A stretch of 63,728 nucleotides of DNA, the filler included, from Octopus bimaculoides (Eukaryota), in NCBI RefSeq assembly GCF_001194135.2. It is 7 parts of 7 records of this genome, joined end to end, with 100 filler letters (N's around TTAATTAATTAA, not from the genome) between each part and the next. Parts side by side here need not be neighbours in the genome. Positions count along the whole stretch, not along the records: positions 1 to 20,900 come from NC_069000.1; 6 more parts are not named here. One strand, 5' to 3'. A model generated the notes under the pieces. It searched no databases. It was not told the DNA's origin and worked only from the letters and a program-made list of their open reading frames with translations. Below, piece after piece: positions 1-14,124 of the stretch. Position numbers and translations under genes: made by a program. Position 1 is the stretch's first letter. Each line of letters opens with the position of its first letter.

Positions 1-1848
1 CCCAGGTCTTCCTGGGCCTAACTCAACTGCTAAGGTGTGGCACTTTTTCACACAGCTATCCTCATCCATTCTCGCTACATGACCATACCAGTGCAATCGT
101 CTCTCTTGCACACCACAACTGATGCTTCGTAAGTTCAACTTTTCTCTCAAGGTACTGATACTCTGTCTAGTATGCACACTGACATTACACATCCATCGGA
201 GCATACTGGCTTCATTCCTTGCGAGCCTACGCATGTCCTCAGCAGTCACGGCCCATGTTTCACTGCCATGAAGCATGGCTGTTTGTACACATGCGTCACG
301 CAATCTGCCTTTTACTCTGAGAGAGAGACCCTTTGTCGTCAGCAGAGGTAAGAGCTCTCTAAACTTTGCCCAGGCTATTCTTATTCTAGCAGCTACGCTT
401 TCAGCGCACCCACCCCACTACTAATTTGGTCACCAAGATAGCGGAAGCTATCAACCACTTCTAGTTTTTTTCCCTGNNNNNNNNNNNNNNNNNNNNNNNN
501 NNNNNNNNNNNNNNNNNNNNNNNNNNNNNNNNNNNNNNNNNNNNNNNNNNNNNNNNNNNNNNNNNNNNNNNNNNNNNNNNNNNNNNNNNNNNNNNNNNNN
601 NNNNNNNNNNNNNNNNNNNNNNNNNNNNNNNNNNNNNNNNNNNNNNNNNNNNNNNNNNNNNNNNNNNNNNNNNNNNNNNNNNNNNNNNNNNNNNNNNNNN
701 NNNNNNNNNNNNNNNNNNNNNNNNNNNNNNNNNNNNNNNNNNNNNNNNNNNNNNNNNNNNNNNNNNNNNNNNNNNNNNNNNNNNNNNNNNNNNNNNNNNN
801 NNNNNNNNNNNNNNNNNNNNNNNNNNNNNNNNNNNNNNNNNNNNNNNNNNNNNNNNNNNNNNNNNNNNNNNNNNNNNNNNNNNNNNNNNNNNNNNNNNNN
901 NNNNNNNNNNNNNNNNNNNNNNNNNNNNNNNNNNNNNNNNNNNNNNNNNNNNNNNNNNNNNNNNNNNNNNNNNNNNNNNNNNNNNNNNNNNNNNNNNNNN
1001 NNNNNNNNNNNNNNNNNNNNNNNNNNNNNNNNNNNNNNNNNNNNNNNNNNNNNNNNNNNNNNNNNNNNNNNNNNNNNNNNNNNNNNNNNNNNNNNNNNNN
1101 NNNNNNNNNNNNNNNNNNNNNNNNNNNNNNNNNNNNNNNNNNNNNNNNNNNNNNNNNNNNNNNNNNNNNNNNNNNNNNNNNNNNNNNNNNNNNNNNNNNN
1201 NNNNNNNNNNNNNNNNNNNNNNNNNNNNNNNNNNNNNNNNNNNNNNNNNNNNNNNNNNNNNNNNNNNNNNNNNNNNNNNNNNNNNNNNNNNNNNNNNNNN
1301 NNNNNNNNNNNNNNNNNNNNNNNNNTCTCATCTAAACTGACTCGCTCCCTAAGTAGTTGAGCTATGACCCTCTCCGTGACTTTCATTACCTGATCTAAAA
1401 GCTTGATACCTCTGTAATTATTTGTATCTAAAGCGTCACCTTTACCTTTGTAGCAGTTGACTATGGTGCTGCTACACCAATCATTGGGTATGACTCCTTC
1501 GTGTATCACCTGGTTAACAATATGGGTGACTAGGCTATAGCCGACACTGCCAGATATTTTGAGCATCTCTGCAGTGATTCCTGATGGGCCGGGGGCCTTC
1601 CCTGTTTTCATACTCTTAATTGCTTTATCTACCATGGTACTGTCAACTAGAATCTCTGGTCCCTTTGTTGGGTTGACATTCGGCAGACTCTCTCTCTCCC
1701 ATTTATTCTCTTCATTGAGCAATCTTTCGTAGTGGCGTCTCCAAACCACTTTCTTTGCAGCCTCATTTAGTGCAAGCGTACCATCATCCATGCGAACACA
1801 TTTCTCTCCCACGACATCACGATTCTCTCTCACACACTGTCTATACAA
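1..1848 (-). mobile_element. RTE-clade LINE fragment (RT region and downstream ORF), interrupted by an N gap
   Basis: Minus-strand translation gives KAPGPSGITAEMLK...CYKGKGDALDTNNYRGIKLLDQVMKVTERV before the gap and KKLEVVDSFRYLGDQIS after it. These are non-LTR RT motifs, and sister copies recur in the window. Confidence 0.9.
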
Positions 1849-2955
1849 GAAAAATGTTTGTTACTCCTCTGTTGAGTTTTTAATTTCTCTATGGGAAAAA
1901 TTTTTCAACATCATCTATGTGAATTGTTTATTTTCTCATGAAAAAAAGTAATTTCTTTTGAAATCTTGTCTGTGTGAATTGTTTATATCCTTGTTGCCAC
2001 TATTATAATGTGGATCCTTGCCCACTTGTATGTTGTTGTCGGCACAGTAATATTCTTAACACCACTAATATGTTGTGGCGGTATTCTGCATCTTATTATC
2101 TTTGACTCGTCGATTGTGCTATCGCTGATAGCTCTGTAAGACAATAACTTTGCAACGTCTAACTTGATGGTAACTCAAACTCATTGACCTGCTACAATGA
2201 CTGACTGTCTGCCTTTATAGTGGCTAAATCATACCACTTTGACATGTGGGAAGGAGTGTACTATTTTCATTACAACAGTAAACGAGGTCAGAACAGTACT
2301 GGAGATGTATTTTTTGTCACGGATAAGTGAGTTTTGGAAGAGGGGGCTTGCAAGTCTACCAGATAGATGGAAGAGCATTGTAGAAAATGAAGGAGAGTAT
2401 ATTTTAGATTAAAAGAGAACTTTGTTTATCTTAATTTTGAAAAATAAAAGTACCATAAAAAACTGCATTATTTATGAGATGACCCAATATATATCTCAAC
2501 TGATGAGGTGATGTAAAAATAAATTGTCTGCATTTGTAATGCATATCATTCCTACACACTGCCAAAAGTTAATGCAATAGCTTCATCCAAATACTTGAGT
2601 AATATTACTATAACTGAAAATCTTATATTTTCTCATTGATACTATAACCTCCATCTTCATTGTTTCTACATGTCTAATTTTTTCTATCTTTATTTACAAC
2701 TAATTAATTTATCTAATCCCAATCCAAACTGAACTGTTTCTATGAGCATTTTACTATTACCTTTAGGGAAATAATGCTTTGATCTGTTGTATCATTTTAA
2801 TCCTTAATATATAAATGAGCTAATGTGTATCAATTTGTCAAGAAGAAAGCAAACACTGAATAATACATTCACTGATATTGCAGGAAGTTTGCCAGGCTGC
2901 AAACAACACTATGGATGCAATCAAACATTAAAATTACCATCTGTGTTGAAAAGCA

Positions 2956-3330
2956 TGATGATGATGATGATCATCATCATCATTTAACATCCGCCTTCCA
3001 TGGAATGGTTTCACAAGAGCTGGCCAGGCAGAAACCTGCACCAGACTTCTGTGACTGTTTTGGCAGGATTTTTACAGCTGGATGCTCTTCCTAACATCAA
3101 CCACTCAGCAGAGAGGACTTAGTGCTTTTTACGTGGCACAAGCACAGGCGAGGTCAGTTTTGGCAAGGTTCTTGCAGCTGGATGCCCTTCTGAATACCAA
3201 CCACTTTACAATGTGGACTGGATGCATTCAAGTGGCACCTGCACTGACAGGGTCACCAAGTAACTTGCAAGACAAAGAAAAAAAAAACTTTCAAGTGGGG
3301 AGGGGGCATTAGAGGAGGTGATCTTGTGTT
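2956..3330 (-). mobile_element. SINE-like repeat sharing the RTE 3' tail, with (ATC)n end
   Basis: It starts with catcatcatttaacatccgccttccatg and contains tttacagctggatgc..cctaac..caacc. The same tail recurs near 17.4, 19.9, 23.3, 33.6 and 52.4 kb. Confidence 0.7.
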
Positions 3331-3393
3331 GGATGATAAACGATTATAGTGAGACAAAGAGACAGAAACAAGTAGAGGAAGTATAAGGTTACC

Positions 3394-3520
<127 letters not shown>

Positions 3521-4329
3521 CAGGAATGAAGACAGAAACAGGTGCATTACCGCAAATACATGGCTACCCAACCCGAGGAAAATGCAGAAGCTGAGAGAGA
3601 GAGAGTGGGAGACAGCAGGATAGAGATGGTGGCAAAATGCCGGACATGCTCACAAGGGATGGGGATCAGAATATAAATGGGATGGTTGAGTAAAGGAAGA
3701 GAGAGATATAGATGGTGGCAAGTGCCAGGGCGTACCCTTGAGGTTTGAACACCATAATATAAGTGGCTGGCAGGATATGGCTAAAGAAGCGTGATGAAAG
3801 ATAGAGTGTGGAGTGGGAGGGGGAGTGAGTGGCGAAAATCTGGGTATATATAGTCGGGGGTGGGGGGTGGCTACTGAATAGCAATGATACAGAGGAACAG
3901 GGCTGTGAGGACAGAATTGGGGAGTGAGAGCAAGGCATAGTGTATGAAGGAGGAAATGTGAGGAAGAGAGGAGATAGAGCTGTAGATTGGTTTGTTGGGG
4001 GTAGGGTGAGTGAAAAGTTTTCTTGTTACGTGTGGGTGGAACATACAGGTTGGGAGCTAGCAGTTAGCAATAATACAGTGGAACAGAGTATGTGGGTGGA
4101 ACACACAGGTCAAGGGCTAGTGGAGAGCAATGATGCAGTGGCACAGGACAAGAAGACAAGGTTTGGATTTGGGAGTGGGAGGTAAGCATAGTGCATGAAG
4201 CAGGAAATGTGAGGAAGAGAAGAGATGTAGTTTGGTTTGTTGTGGCAGGGTGTGTGAGAAGTTTTCTTGTTAAATGTGGGTGGGACACACAGTACTTCTA
4301 GAATTCAGTTTCACTGACATGGGCAGGTT

Positions 4330-6800
4330 TTCTCTAGAACTTCACCTCACTAGATATCTCGGCCCATTGTCATTTCCTCCATGAGGCCCAACATCCTGAG
4401 ATCAGTCCTTACCACTTTATCCCACATCTTCCTGGGTCTCCCTCTTCCATGGGTACCATCCACTTTCAGTGATCAGCATTTCTTTATGCAGCTGTCCTCA
4501 TTCTTACTCATCACATGTCCAAATCAATGTAGTCTTCTCTCTTGCATGCTACATTTGATTCCTCTTATGCCCAACCTTTCTCTCAATACATTTGCACTTT
4601 GTCGTACAAGTGATGTTGTACATCTAACGGAGCATACAACCTTCATTTCTCTCCAGTCTACACATGTCTTCTGCATTCAGAGCTCATGTCTCACAACCAT
4701 GGAGTATAGCCATTTACACACAAGCATCATAAAGTCTACCTTTCACTCTGAGAGTCCTTTTGTTCTCAACAGAGGTAACAGCTCTCTGAACTTCCTCCAC
4801 CCAATTCTTATTCTAGAAACAATACTTTCAGAGCATCCTCCACCATTGTAAATTTGGTCGCCTAAGTAACAGAAACTATCTACTAACTCAAGAGAGCTTC
4901 CTTGGCATTTGAGAGAATCTAAGTCCCATGTGCTCTTAGTGCTTATTGTTCCTGCACATCTACTATATACAAAGATGACTTTATTTGTTAATCTACCTGT
5001 GATTCCACTGCACCTCTTAAGTGTCCATAGTTTACACTGGGTGCTACAAATGGAATTTCTTCCAACTCCTTTCCTACATATTGAGCAGGGCCATGTACCT
5101 GATGAAAAGAGAGTTTTATCTTCTTTCTTACTAACAATAACATTGGTCTTAGGTTAACTTTAAGGCCCTTTGATTCCAGGTTTTGTTTCCATACATGGAA
5201 TTACTTCTCCAATTCTGCTAAAGATTCTGCAGTAAGAGCAAAGTCATCAGTATATAGCAGTTTGCATGGGCACCTAGTTTTGTTCCTCTGTTATGGCCAG
5301 GAGGATTATAATGAATAAGAGTGGACTGAGAACTGAGCCCTGGTGGACCCCTACCTGTGCGCTAAATTCATCACTGTATTCATGGCCAACTCTCACCTTA
5401 TTGACAGCACCACTGTTCATGGTTTGTACAGCTCTAACAAGCCATTCCTCTACTTCTAACTTCCTTAGAGACCACCATATAACAGAGCAGGGGACTCTGT
5501 TGAAAACTTTCACCAGGTTGATGAAGGCTAAGTACAGTGGCTTACTTTTGGTCAAGTACTTTTCCTGTAGCTGTCTCACAAGGAGATGGTATCTATGGTA
5601 CTCTTCCCAGGTACAAAACCAAACTGCATCTCATCTAGTTTAATTCTATTTCGAATCAGTTGAGCTATAACCCTCTCAGTAACTTTCATGACTTGGTTTA
5701 GTAATTTAATACCTCTGTAGTTGTTTCTATCTAAGGCATCACCTTCACCCTTGTAGCAGCTAACTGTAATACTACTATACCAGTCATTGGCGATGGTGCC
5801 TTTCTGAATAACCTGATTAATTAAATGGGTGACTAAGCTGTATCTTACACCACCAGAAATTTCAATCATCTCGACAGTGATTCCTGATGGCCCAGAGGTT
5901 TTCATGTCCTTAATTGCCTTATCTATTATACTGCTATCAACTCTCATGGCTTGTCCCTCAATTTGTTTGATATTTGTTAGACTCTACATCTCCCATTCAT
6001 TTTCCACATTTAGTAACCTTTCATAGTGACACTTTCATTCATCTTTCTTCTCTGAGTCACTAAGTGCAAGCATACCATTATCCATTTGCACAGATTTCTC
6101 ATCTACCACATCTCTATTTTCTCTGATACACTGCTTTGCAATCTTGAAGACCTCACAACTCTGATCCTCACACTGTAGAACATTTGCAAATCTACCTGAT
6201 ATAATTCTTTGCTTCCACTGTTTTTCCAGTCTTTTTGCTTTTATAGCTCTGTCAACCTCATTGCTTCATCAAGTCATGCTTGGTCTAGCTGAGACTCTGC
6301 ACCAACCACAGATTTCATCCATAGCCCTCAGTAGATTGTTCCACAGGAACTTCCAATTGTTCTCTAAGCTATATGTCCCCGACTCTTCCTCTCTTTCATC
6401 AGAAGCTTGCATTAGTAAATCTGTAAATCTTTGTCTGTTTGCTGGGTCTTTGAACATCCATAGTCTTCTTTTCTAGATTGGTTTATTTCTCCATACATTC
6501 ATACAGATTCTGCAAATTTTCATTTGCATATTCTTGTTTGCATTTTGCCATTTTCCATGATAATCCTTTCCACGCCCTTGGTATCTCTGCTCATCCTTGT
6601 GAAACACAAGGCAATTACCTTCTTCGGTTTAACTCTGCCTTTTCTCTTCTTTCGACCTGGGGGAGGGTTATGTAGGCAACCTTATTTGAATTCAGTGCCG
6701 TCATGTTTTAATGAGAGTCATCTATAGTTATCTTCCCTGTCACATCGTTAGAAACTAGGTGGCGCTCGTTGCATAGCTATATAAAATATGCACAGACAGG
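4330..6800 (-). mobile_element. Decayed RTE LINE (endonuclease linker, RT and 3' region)
   Basis: Broken ORFs 5274-5579 (QVGVHQGSVLSPLLFII) and 5576-5947 (GDALDRNNYRGIKLL...QFGFVPGKST), with many frameshifts. Confidence 0.9.
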
Positions 6801-7824
6801 TAACATCCTCTTTCTCTCACACACTGCCTGTTGCTAGCCACAGTTTCTCCATCTCTGTTCCTGCTACAAAACAACTTCTCGTTGATTGAATTTTCTTAAA
6901 TCCTCTTTCACCAGTCATGGAATGTGGCAAGATGAAAACATTTCCTTATTCAAATTCCATTCTGTTCAATTGAATGTTAATGTTCAAGCTGTGTAAATGC
7001 TCTCATCCCGGACTGAAATAAATCCCTCATGTACATGAAGTCTTCACAAATCTCACATGAGTTGTTGTTGTTCCTCACTGGATTGATTCTAACAGTGATG
7101 GAAGGATGACCGAACATTATATTAAATTAGTTGGCTAAAAATCTGCTAAAAATTCATGTTCTAAGAAATTTCCTATAATTTCAATTTCTCACGTTTCCTG
7201 AATTTTTTTAACTCCCAAGTTCTCGCAAATTTAAATATTCATTGCATTCACTGTGGTACTCCACAGTGGTACTCCACAGTGGTACTCCATTTGGTACTCC
7301 ATTTGCAAAGTCTCTCACTTTGTCTTTTAAGTTTTCATTCACTATTTGGAAAACTGACAATTTATTCTATTAATGTATACATAATATATTATTTATTATT
7401 CTATTAATGTATATGTAATCTATTATTTATTGAATGAAAATTTTTTAAATACCCGTATAATTTTTTAACACAGGATAGCTGTGAGAAGAACCTTGAAAGT
7501 TGGGAAATTACTATTAGAAGACAAGGAAAAAAAAAAGTTACCGACAAGTACTCGGTAACTTGCACCTTATTCAGTTTCCACACACTCTGTACTTCTAAGC
7601 CAATATATACACAAACAAATTGTACGAGCAACTTCAACAGTGATACATTCAAGCACACACATATATACACATACACACAAATGAAAGGCAATGAATGTGT
7701 GCATGTGTGTGCGTTTGCTGTTGACTGCATTACTTTTGTGAAGTTTTGTCAGTGAACAGGTCACAGTTTCAAGGTGAAGAAAATATTTTGACACAAATAA
7801 AATTTTAATGTTGAAGTGAAATTG

Positions 7825-8019
7825 GTACTACTTAAATACAGAGGTCCTTTAATGGTACTACTTAAATGCAGGTGTTATGTACAAAACATTTTAAATGTTT
7901 GCTGTGTGGACATGTAAGGACACCTTAACCCTAACTAACTCTAACCTTAACCCTAAAAACCAATCCTCCCCTTCATATCATTACGTAGATACTTCGGGAC
8001 CTCTGTATTTAAGTAGTGC
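7825..8019. mobile_element. Short element with 23-bp terminal inverted repeats and internal TAACCC-like repeats
   Basis: gtactacttaaatacagaggtcc (7825-7847) matches the reverse complement of ggacctctgtatttaagtagtgc (7997-8019) with 1 mismatch. Internal sequence includes taaccctaactaactctaaccttaaccctaa. Confidence 0.6.
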
Positions 8020-9387
8020 TGTGAAACTGATGGTTTCTTTGTGTTCTTGAATGGCTTACAAACATCTATGCTGCAATTGTTTTTGTTTCAGCACATGATC
8101 TCAGATCAAGTCACTTGTTATGCAAGTACATCTCCATAATTTTTTTAAATCACTGTGGAGAAATGTCAGCAATGACCATCTCAGGCTCTCCAATATTTTA
8201 ATTTCTAAAATTGGGGCAGGGAGTGGGGTTGCGAAAAATTCAAAATTTCTTAAATTTTCTCTTTTATAGTATATAAATGTATTTATGGGGAAAAAAATAT
8301 TGAAAAACNNNNNNNNNNNNNNNNNNNNNNNNNNNNNNNNNNNNNNNNNNNNNNNNNNNNNNNNNNNNNNNNNNNNNNNNNNNNNNNNNNNNNNNNNNNN
8401 NNNNNNNNNNNNNNNNNNNNNNNNNNNNNNNNNNNNNNNNNNNNNNNNNNNNNNNNNNNNNNNNNNNAAAAAAAAAAAAAAAGGCCAAAATAGGTCAGGA
8501 GTGGGATGATGAGGGAGGGGGTGTAAAAAAAAGCTTACAAAACTTTTTTCATACAAAGATGAACCCTCCACCAACCCATCATTTCGAAGGCTGTGGTTTA
8601 AAAAAGATGAGGAAAATCCCTGAAATAATTTTCCCCACAAATTTCTTTATAATCATAATCTATGCCATTTGAAAGGGATTTGTATAAAATTTTCATTTAA
8701 AGATACCAATCTTCCTGAAAGCTATGAGGGAAAAAAGTCATAACGTGTGAATTTTCCAAAAGTCCTCTTTCCAACCCCTTGGAAAAATTCTTTCTCATAA
8801 ATCCCTATATATACTCTGAAGTTACAACATCTAAGCGGTGTTTGTACAAAATTTTGTTAAAAAGTATCCATTTTCCTGGATGTCATGAGGCAACAAAGTC
8901 GGGGGTATATACATCTGTAGTAATGCCCTTTCATTTATATGATCTTTTTCATTTCATGTTTATTTCATTCATTGTTCTCTCTCCCACCTCTCTCTCACAC
9001 ACACTGAAAATCTTACAGAATGGCTACTGAATTGAAATTTCTATGTTGCTTTGAGGGGAAGGTAAAACTTGACAAACTGCTTCTCCTTCTATTGTTGGAC
9101 TACCATGATATTTGTTTAAAAAAGAGAGATTATGACTGTGATAAAATAATGAAAGCAATACTTATTAAGCAAGTGAGCACTATTATACAAAGAAGTAATT
9201 AGATGTAAAATATAAAATTTATTAGAATTGGGAATCAAATGTGATAATATAATCAAGGGGCTAGCAGAAAATCGCCCGGAGGTGGTCTTTTTGCTAGTAA
9301 TAATAATGATCAGTTATCTTTTGAAAAAATAATTGATAACAATAATAACAAGAATTTTATTAATACAAATTAAATTCACAGAAAGAA

Positions 9388-9594
9388 TTATGCAGACTCT
9401 TGGGCAAGTTTATAGTTATAAACACTCCCCTTTGTTGCATGCTGCTGTCCTTTGCAAAGTTTCTTTTTTGCAACTTCATTATCCTCATTCTCATCACCAC
9501 AACCATGTCTGCTTGAAATATTATGGGACTGTACAGAATCACTTAAAGGCACACCATATCCTCCACCACCAGGTGTCACTATGCTCACCATATC
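9388..9594 (-). CDS. OPLAH: 5-oxoprolinase (ATP-hydrolysing), last coding exon
   Basis: The acceptor tttcttttttaattcctctccag is followed by DMVSIVTPGGGGYG...KGSVYNYKLAQESA*. TPGGGGYG and the GSVYxY..AQE end match the C-terminus of eukaryotic 5-oxoprolinase (hydantoinase B domain). I recognised no upstream exons in the window. Confidence 0.85.
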   Translation of the reverse strand, partial: DMVSIVTPGGGGYGVPLSDSVQSHNISSRHGCGDENEDNEVAKKKLCKGQQHATKGSVYNYKLAQESA

Positions 9595-9711
9595 CTGGAG
9601 AGGAATTAAAAAAGAAAAAGAGTATTACAACTGAAATCAGAAAGAGAGGAAATGGAGAAGTAGGAGTGATGAAGAGTGAGATTTTGCATGTTAGAGAGAA
9701 AAAAGACAAAG

Positions 9712-9730
9712 AGAGAGAGAGAGAGAGAGC

Positions 9731-9772
<42 letters not shown>

Positions 9773-10117
9773 NNNNNNNNNNNNNNNNNNNNNNNNNNNN
9801 NNNNNNNNNNNNNNNNNNNNNNNNNNNNNNNNNNNNNNNNNNNNNNNNNNNNNNNNNNNNNNNNNNNNNNNNNNNNNNNNNNNNNNNNNNNNNNNNNNNN
9901 NNNNNNNNNNNNNNNNNNNNNNNNNNNNNNNNNNNNNNNNNNNNNNNNNNNNNNNNNNNNNNNNNNNNNNNNNNNNNNNNNNNNNNNNNNNNNNNNNNNN
10001 NNNNNNNNNNNNNNNNNNNNNNNNNNNNNNNNNNNNNNNNNNNNNNNNNNNNNNNNNNNNNNNNNNNNNNNNNNNNNNNNNNNNNNNNNNNNNNNNNNNN
10101 NNNNNNNNNNNNNNNNN

Positions 10118-10163
<46 letters not shown>
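9712..10163. repeat. (AG)n microsatellite flanking an N gap
   Basis: Directly visible on both sides of the gap. Confidence 0.95.
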
Positions 10164-10165
<2 letters not shown>

Positions 10166-10439
10166 CTGACAAACAGATAGAAAGGAGGAATGATGCTGAT
10201 AGGATTGAACTTTCATGCATTTGAGAGAGAGAGAGAGGTAGGGAGGGGTGATGTCTGTACTGGAGTATTTGTCTGTGTGTTGCATAGCTATCCACCATGT
10301 TTCAGTGTTAAAATGTAACAAATTTAAAATAAAAAAGTAAAAAAAGGGAATTTATCTGAAAATTATACACCACCTTGGAGAAACTTTTCAACAGAGTACC
10401 TCATTCTGTGATATAGTGGTCTTTGAGGAAATTAGGGTT

Positions 10440-11650
10440 AGATTAATGGCTTGTGCAAGCTGTACAGACCATGTACAGAGGTTAGCACTTGCCTTACTAT
10501 AAGTGCTAACCATAAGTACAATGACGAATTTAGTATACAGATAGGTGTTCACCAGGGCTCAGTTTTCAACCCCCTCCTATTCATTATCCTCCAGGCCATA
10601 ACAGAGGAATTTAAGACTGTTTACCCATGGGAACTACTATAAGCTGGTGATCTTTCTCTGATAGAATCTGTAACAGGACTAGACAAGGAATTCTAGGTGT
10701 GGAAGTAAAACTTGGAATCAAAGGGCGTTCGATTAACTTAGCAAAGACAATGGTTCTAGTAAACAAGAAAACAGGCAAGACCCTGCCTGCTTCAGGTAAA
10801 TGACTATGCTCCATATAAGGCAGACATTCCACTTGGGATATCCAATGCAAGCTATGGATAGACAAGAGGTGCAGTTGTATCAAAGGAAGGTTAACAGATA
10901 AAGTAGTTGTTGTGTGTGGCAGGTTTGCAGGTACAATGACTAAGAATGTACAGGAAATAGACTTCTTCAAATGTCTGAGGAAGACGGTAGTGTTTGTGTG
11001 TGTGGAAGATGCACAGAATTTGTAAAGTCTACAGATGCATGAGAAATTGATTTTTTAAATGCCTTGGAGGCTCTGTAGAAGTAGTAGATAATTTCTGTTA
11101 CCTATGTGACCTAAGTGGAGGAGGATGTTCCAAATGTGTAATTACTAGAATAAGAATAGGCTGGAGAATATTCAAAGAGCTTCTAACTCTGCTGGAAACC
11201 AAAGGTCTCTCTCTCTTCAAGAGGAATGAAGATTGCATGATGTTTATTTATGAACAATAATGCTACATGGTAGTGGGACATAGGTCCTAAATGCAGAAGA
11301 CATGCAAAAACTAGAGAGGGATGAAGTTAATATGCTCTATTGGATGTGCAGTCTCAGTGTACATGTATTACAGGGCTAGTATATAGAGAGAAGACTGCAT
11401 TGGTTTGGTCATGTGATGCAAATGGATGAGGATAGTTGCCTAAAGAGGTACCAATCACTTGAAGTGGATGGCGGGGACTTGTGGAAAAGGGAGACAAAGG
11501 AAAACATGGGATGAAGTATCGAAGGCTGATTTCAAGATGCTGAGTCTTACAGAGGAGATGACAAAAGACTAGGATATCTGGTGCTCTGCTTTGCACAAGA
11601 AGACTCATCCACCACAGCAGAATCGATATCCTAAAACCAACTTGGTAAAT
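10440..11650 (+). mobile_element. Decayed 5'-truncated RTE LINE (RT C-terminal part to 3' end)
   Basis: IQIGVHQGSVFNPLLFIILQAITEEFKT, followed by frameshifted downstream motifs homologous to the other copies. Confidence 0.85.
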
Positions 11651-11868
11651 GATTGTATGTACAGAGCTTTGCTCCATCTCCATTCTCTCATTCTCTAACA
11701 CTCATCAGTTCTCTAATTATGGTATTATGAGGGCACCCATTAAACGATGTGTAGTTTAATGTCCTATTTTTTCTCATGTTTACCCAAAACTAATTGAAAG
11801 TATCAATAACCAGTTTTACATATATTTACATAAATCTATATATATATATTATACAATTTTATTAAATA

Positions 11869-13652
11869 CTAGCAGTATAGCCCGGCTTTGCCCGGGATTA
11901 AGTTGGGATTATTAAGCTAATCAAGTTCTTTATTTCAAACCAAACTAAGTAACATGACGTCAAATTTGGGCAGAATCAGCGTTGCAACTGGGGCGCATGG
12001 GTTGGGAGTTTGATCAGCAGAGGTGATCAGGTTACACATGCCATCCCTTTGAAAACACCACCGCCATCATCTAACCCCTGTTTGCCCATGGGTTAGGAAC
12101 CCTTCCAGCAAGGAAAATAGAATGACCAAAAGGGCTCCCGATTCTCTGTGTCAGAAGCAGTTCTATTCAGATCACAATAAAGTCTTAAGTATATATATAT
12201 AATATATATAATATTATTAGGGACAAAATCCAAAATTACAGGTAAAAAACCCAATTAAAATCAATTTATAAAAATTAAAATTAAATTGAGCCTTATAGAT
12301 AAAGTATATATAAAATATATAGTTTTAGGGAAAATAACCAATTTTCAAGAACTCATCGATGAAAATCCACTATCACATATAGAAAAATTAATAATTAAAA
12401 GCACAATAAATGAGTATAATATAAAGTAAAGTAAATATCATAAGATAAATATAATAAATATAATATATATATATATATATATGAGAACACGGATGTCACG
12501 TAAGTAAAACGTTAATGTTCGAAACTGCAGCAGTCCATAGATAATTCTTTATTCTGTATATTTCTCATTTTGTCCTGTTCTGACGTTTTGCGAAATTTTT
12601 CTGGAGAACATTATTTTTCTTTGTGGTTGGGTCATTGATGACCTCTTTCTAGCATATCGGATGTCCACCTAGTGGTCATCCCTTATACACGTGTAATACA
12701 ATTTTTTCTGAATTTTCAGATTTTTTTATATGCTAGGCCACTTGGTTTTAAATTGAATTAGTATTCAATTTATCATCCTATCTATATAANNNNNNNNNNN
12801 NNNNNNNNNNNNNNNNNNNNNNNNNNNNNNNNNNNNNNNNNNNNNNNNNNNNNNNNNNNNNNNNNNNNNNNNNNNNNNNNNNNNNNNNNNNNNNNNNNNN
12901 NNNNNNNNNNNNNNNNNNNNNNNNNNNNNNNNNNNNNNNNNNNNNNNNNNNNNNNNNNNNNNNNNNNNNNNNNNNNNNNNNNNNNNNNNNNNNNNNNNNN
13001 NNNNNNNNNNNNNNNNNNNNNNNNNNNNNNNNNNNNNNNNNNNNNNNNNNNNNNNNNNNNNNNNNNNNNNNNNNNNNNNNNNNNNNNNNNNNNNNNNNNN
13101 NNNNNNNNNNNNNNNNNNNNNNNNNNNNNNNNNNNNNNNNNNNNNNNNNNNNNNNNNNNNNNNNNNNNNNNNNNNNNNNNNNNNNNNNNNNNNNNNNNNN
13201 NNNNNNNNNNNNNNNNNNNNNNNNNNNNNNNNNNNNNNNNNNNNNNNNNNNNNNNNNNNNNNNNNNNNNNNNNNNNNNNNNNNNNNNNNNNAGAGAAGGT
13301 ATTTTTTTCTTTTTGCTTGTTGCTTTGCTGCCTACCACACAGACGCTGGCAAACAAAATGTAATACTCCTTCACCCTCCCTCTCACAAACATACAATTTC
13401 TCTCTTTCTCTCTCTCGCCTTCACACGCGTATGCACAGATTTGACTTTGCCATGTCAACAAACTTCAAAATTCGTAAAAGTTTATCGATTTTTACAGTTA
13501 TACGCGGGTGCCTCTGAGAGAAAAAATTGGTCAAAATGCACATAAGGTCATGACACATCACCTCCTAAAATTGGAGTGACATGCGTGCTAATTTGTGGAC
13601 GTGCATAAACCACACACACACACAAACATCCTCTCTTTTATATATATACAGA
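11869..13652 (-). mobile_element. Non-autonomous Helitron (both termini; middle holds a probable nested insertion and a gap)
   Basis: On the minus strand the 3' end is CCCGGGCAAAGCCGGG hairpin...CTAG|T at 11869 and the 5' end is A|TCTGTATATATATAAAAG at 13652. That both ends belong to one element is inferred. Confidence 0.55.
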
Positions 13653-13710
13653 TTTTATACACACAGGATCAATCCATAACAAGAATTAAATAATAAATAT
13701 AAGTAATAAT

Positions 13711-13948
13711 CAGCAACTGCTCCAGAACAATTGAGTGCATTCGCAGCTAGTGCAAAAATTGCTAATATCTACCTGGCTTTGATACTACACTCTCCTGATC
13801 CCAAGCAGTTACATTTAGAAACAAAATAGTTATAATCAGCAATATACTGCAACTACTCAGGAACAACTGAGTGTGTTCGCAGCCAGTGCAAAAATTGCTA
13901 ATGCATACCTGGCTTTGACACTGCACTCTCCTGATCCCAAGCATTTAC
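13711..13948 (+). repeat. Local tandem duplication (two diverged copies of about 100 bp)
   Basis: ttcgcagc.agtgcaaaaattgctaat...ctctcctgatcccaagca occurs twice, about 137 bp apart. Confidence 0.85.
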
Positions 13949-14124
13949 TTTTGAAAATAAAATGGAAATAGAATGTGTACTTATTGAAATTGATCTTTAA
14001 ACTGTTTGTTTTAAATAATTAATCTGCAAATATTCATGTAACAAATAAATATTACAATATTTATATACTGAAAATGTACAATTTAATCTTAATATATAAG
14101 ATATATATACAAGGAGGTTTTACA

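Noticed and set aside
393-1848. Long ORFs spanning N runs (also at 9.3-10.3, 12.8-13.5, 22.4-23.3, 39.7-40.4 and 55.2-55.7 kb)
   Set aside because: Their length comes from untranslatable N and microsatellite sequence.
12200-12790. Possible Penelope-type terminus with a hammerhead remnant (atgag...gttcgaaac near 12481-12525); similar hints at 27360-27450 and 59260-59330
   Set aside because: The CTGATGA box or stem I is not intact, so no ribozyme can be supported. A PLE origin remains a guess.
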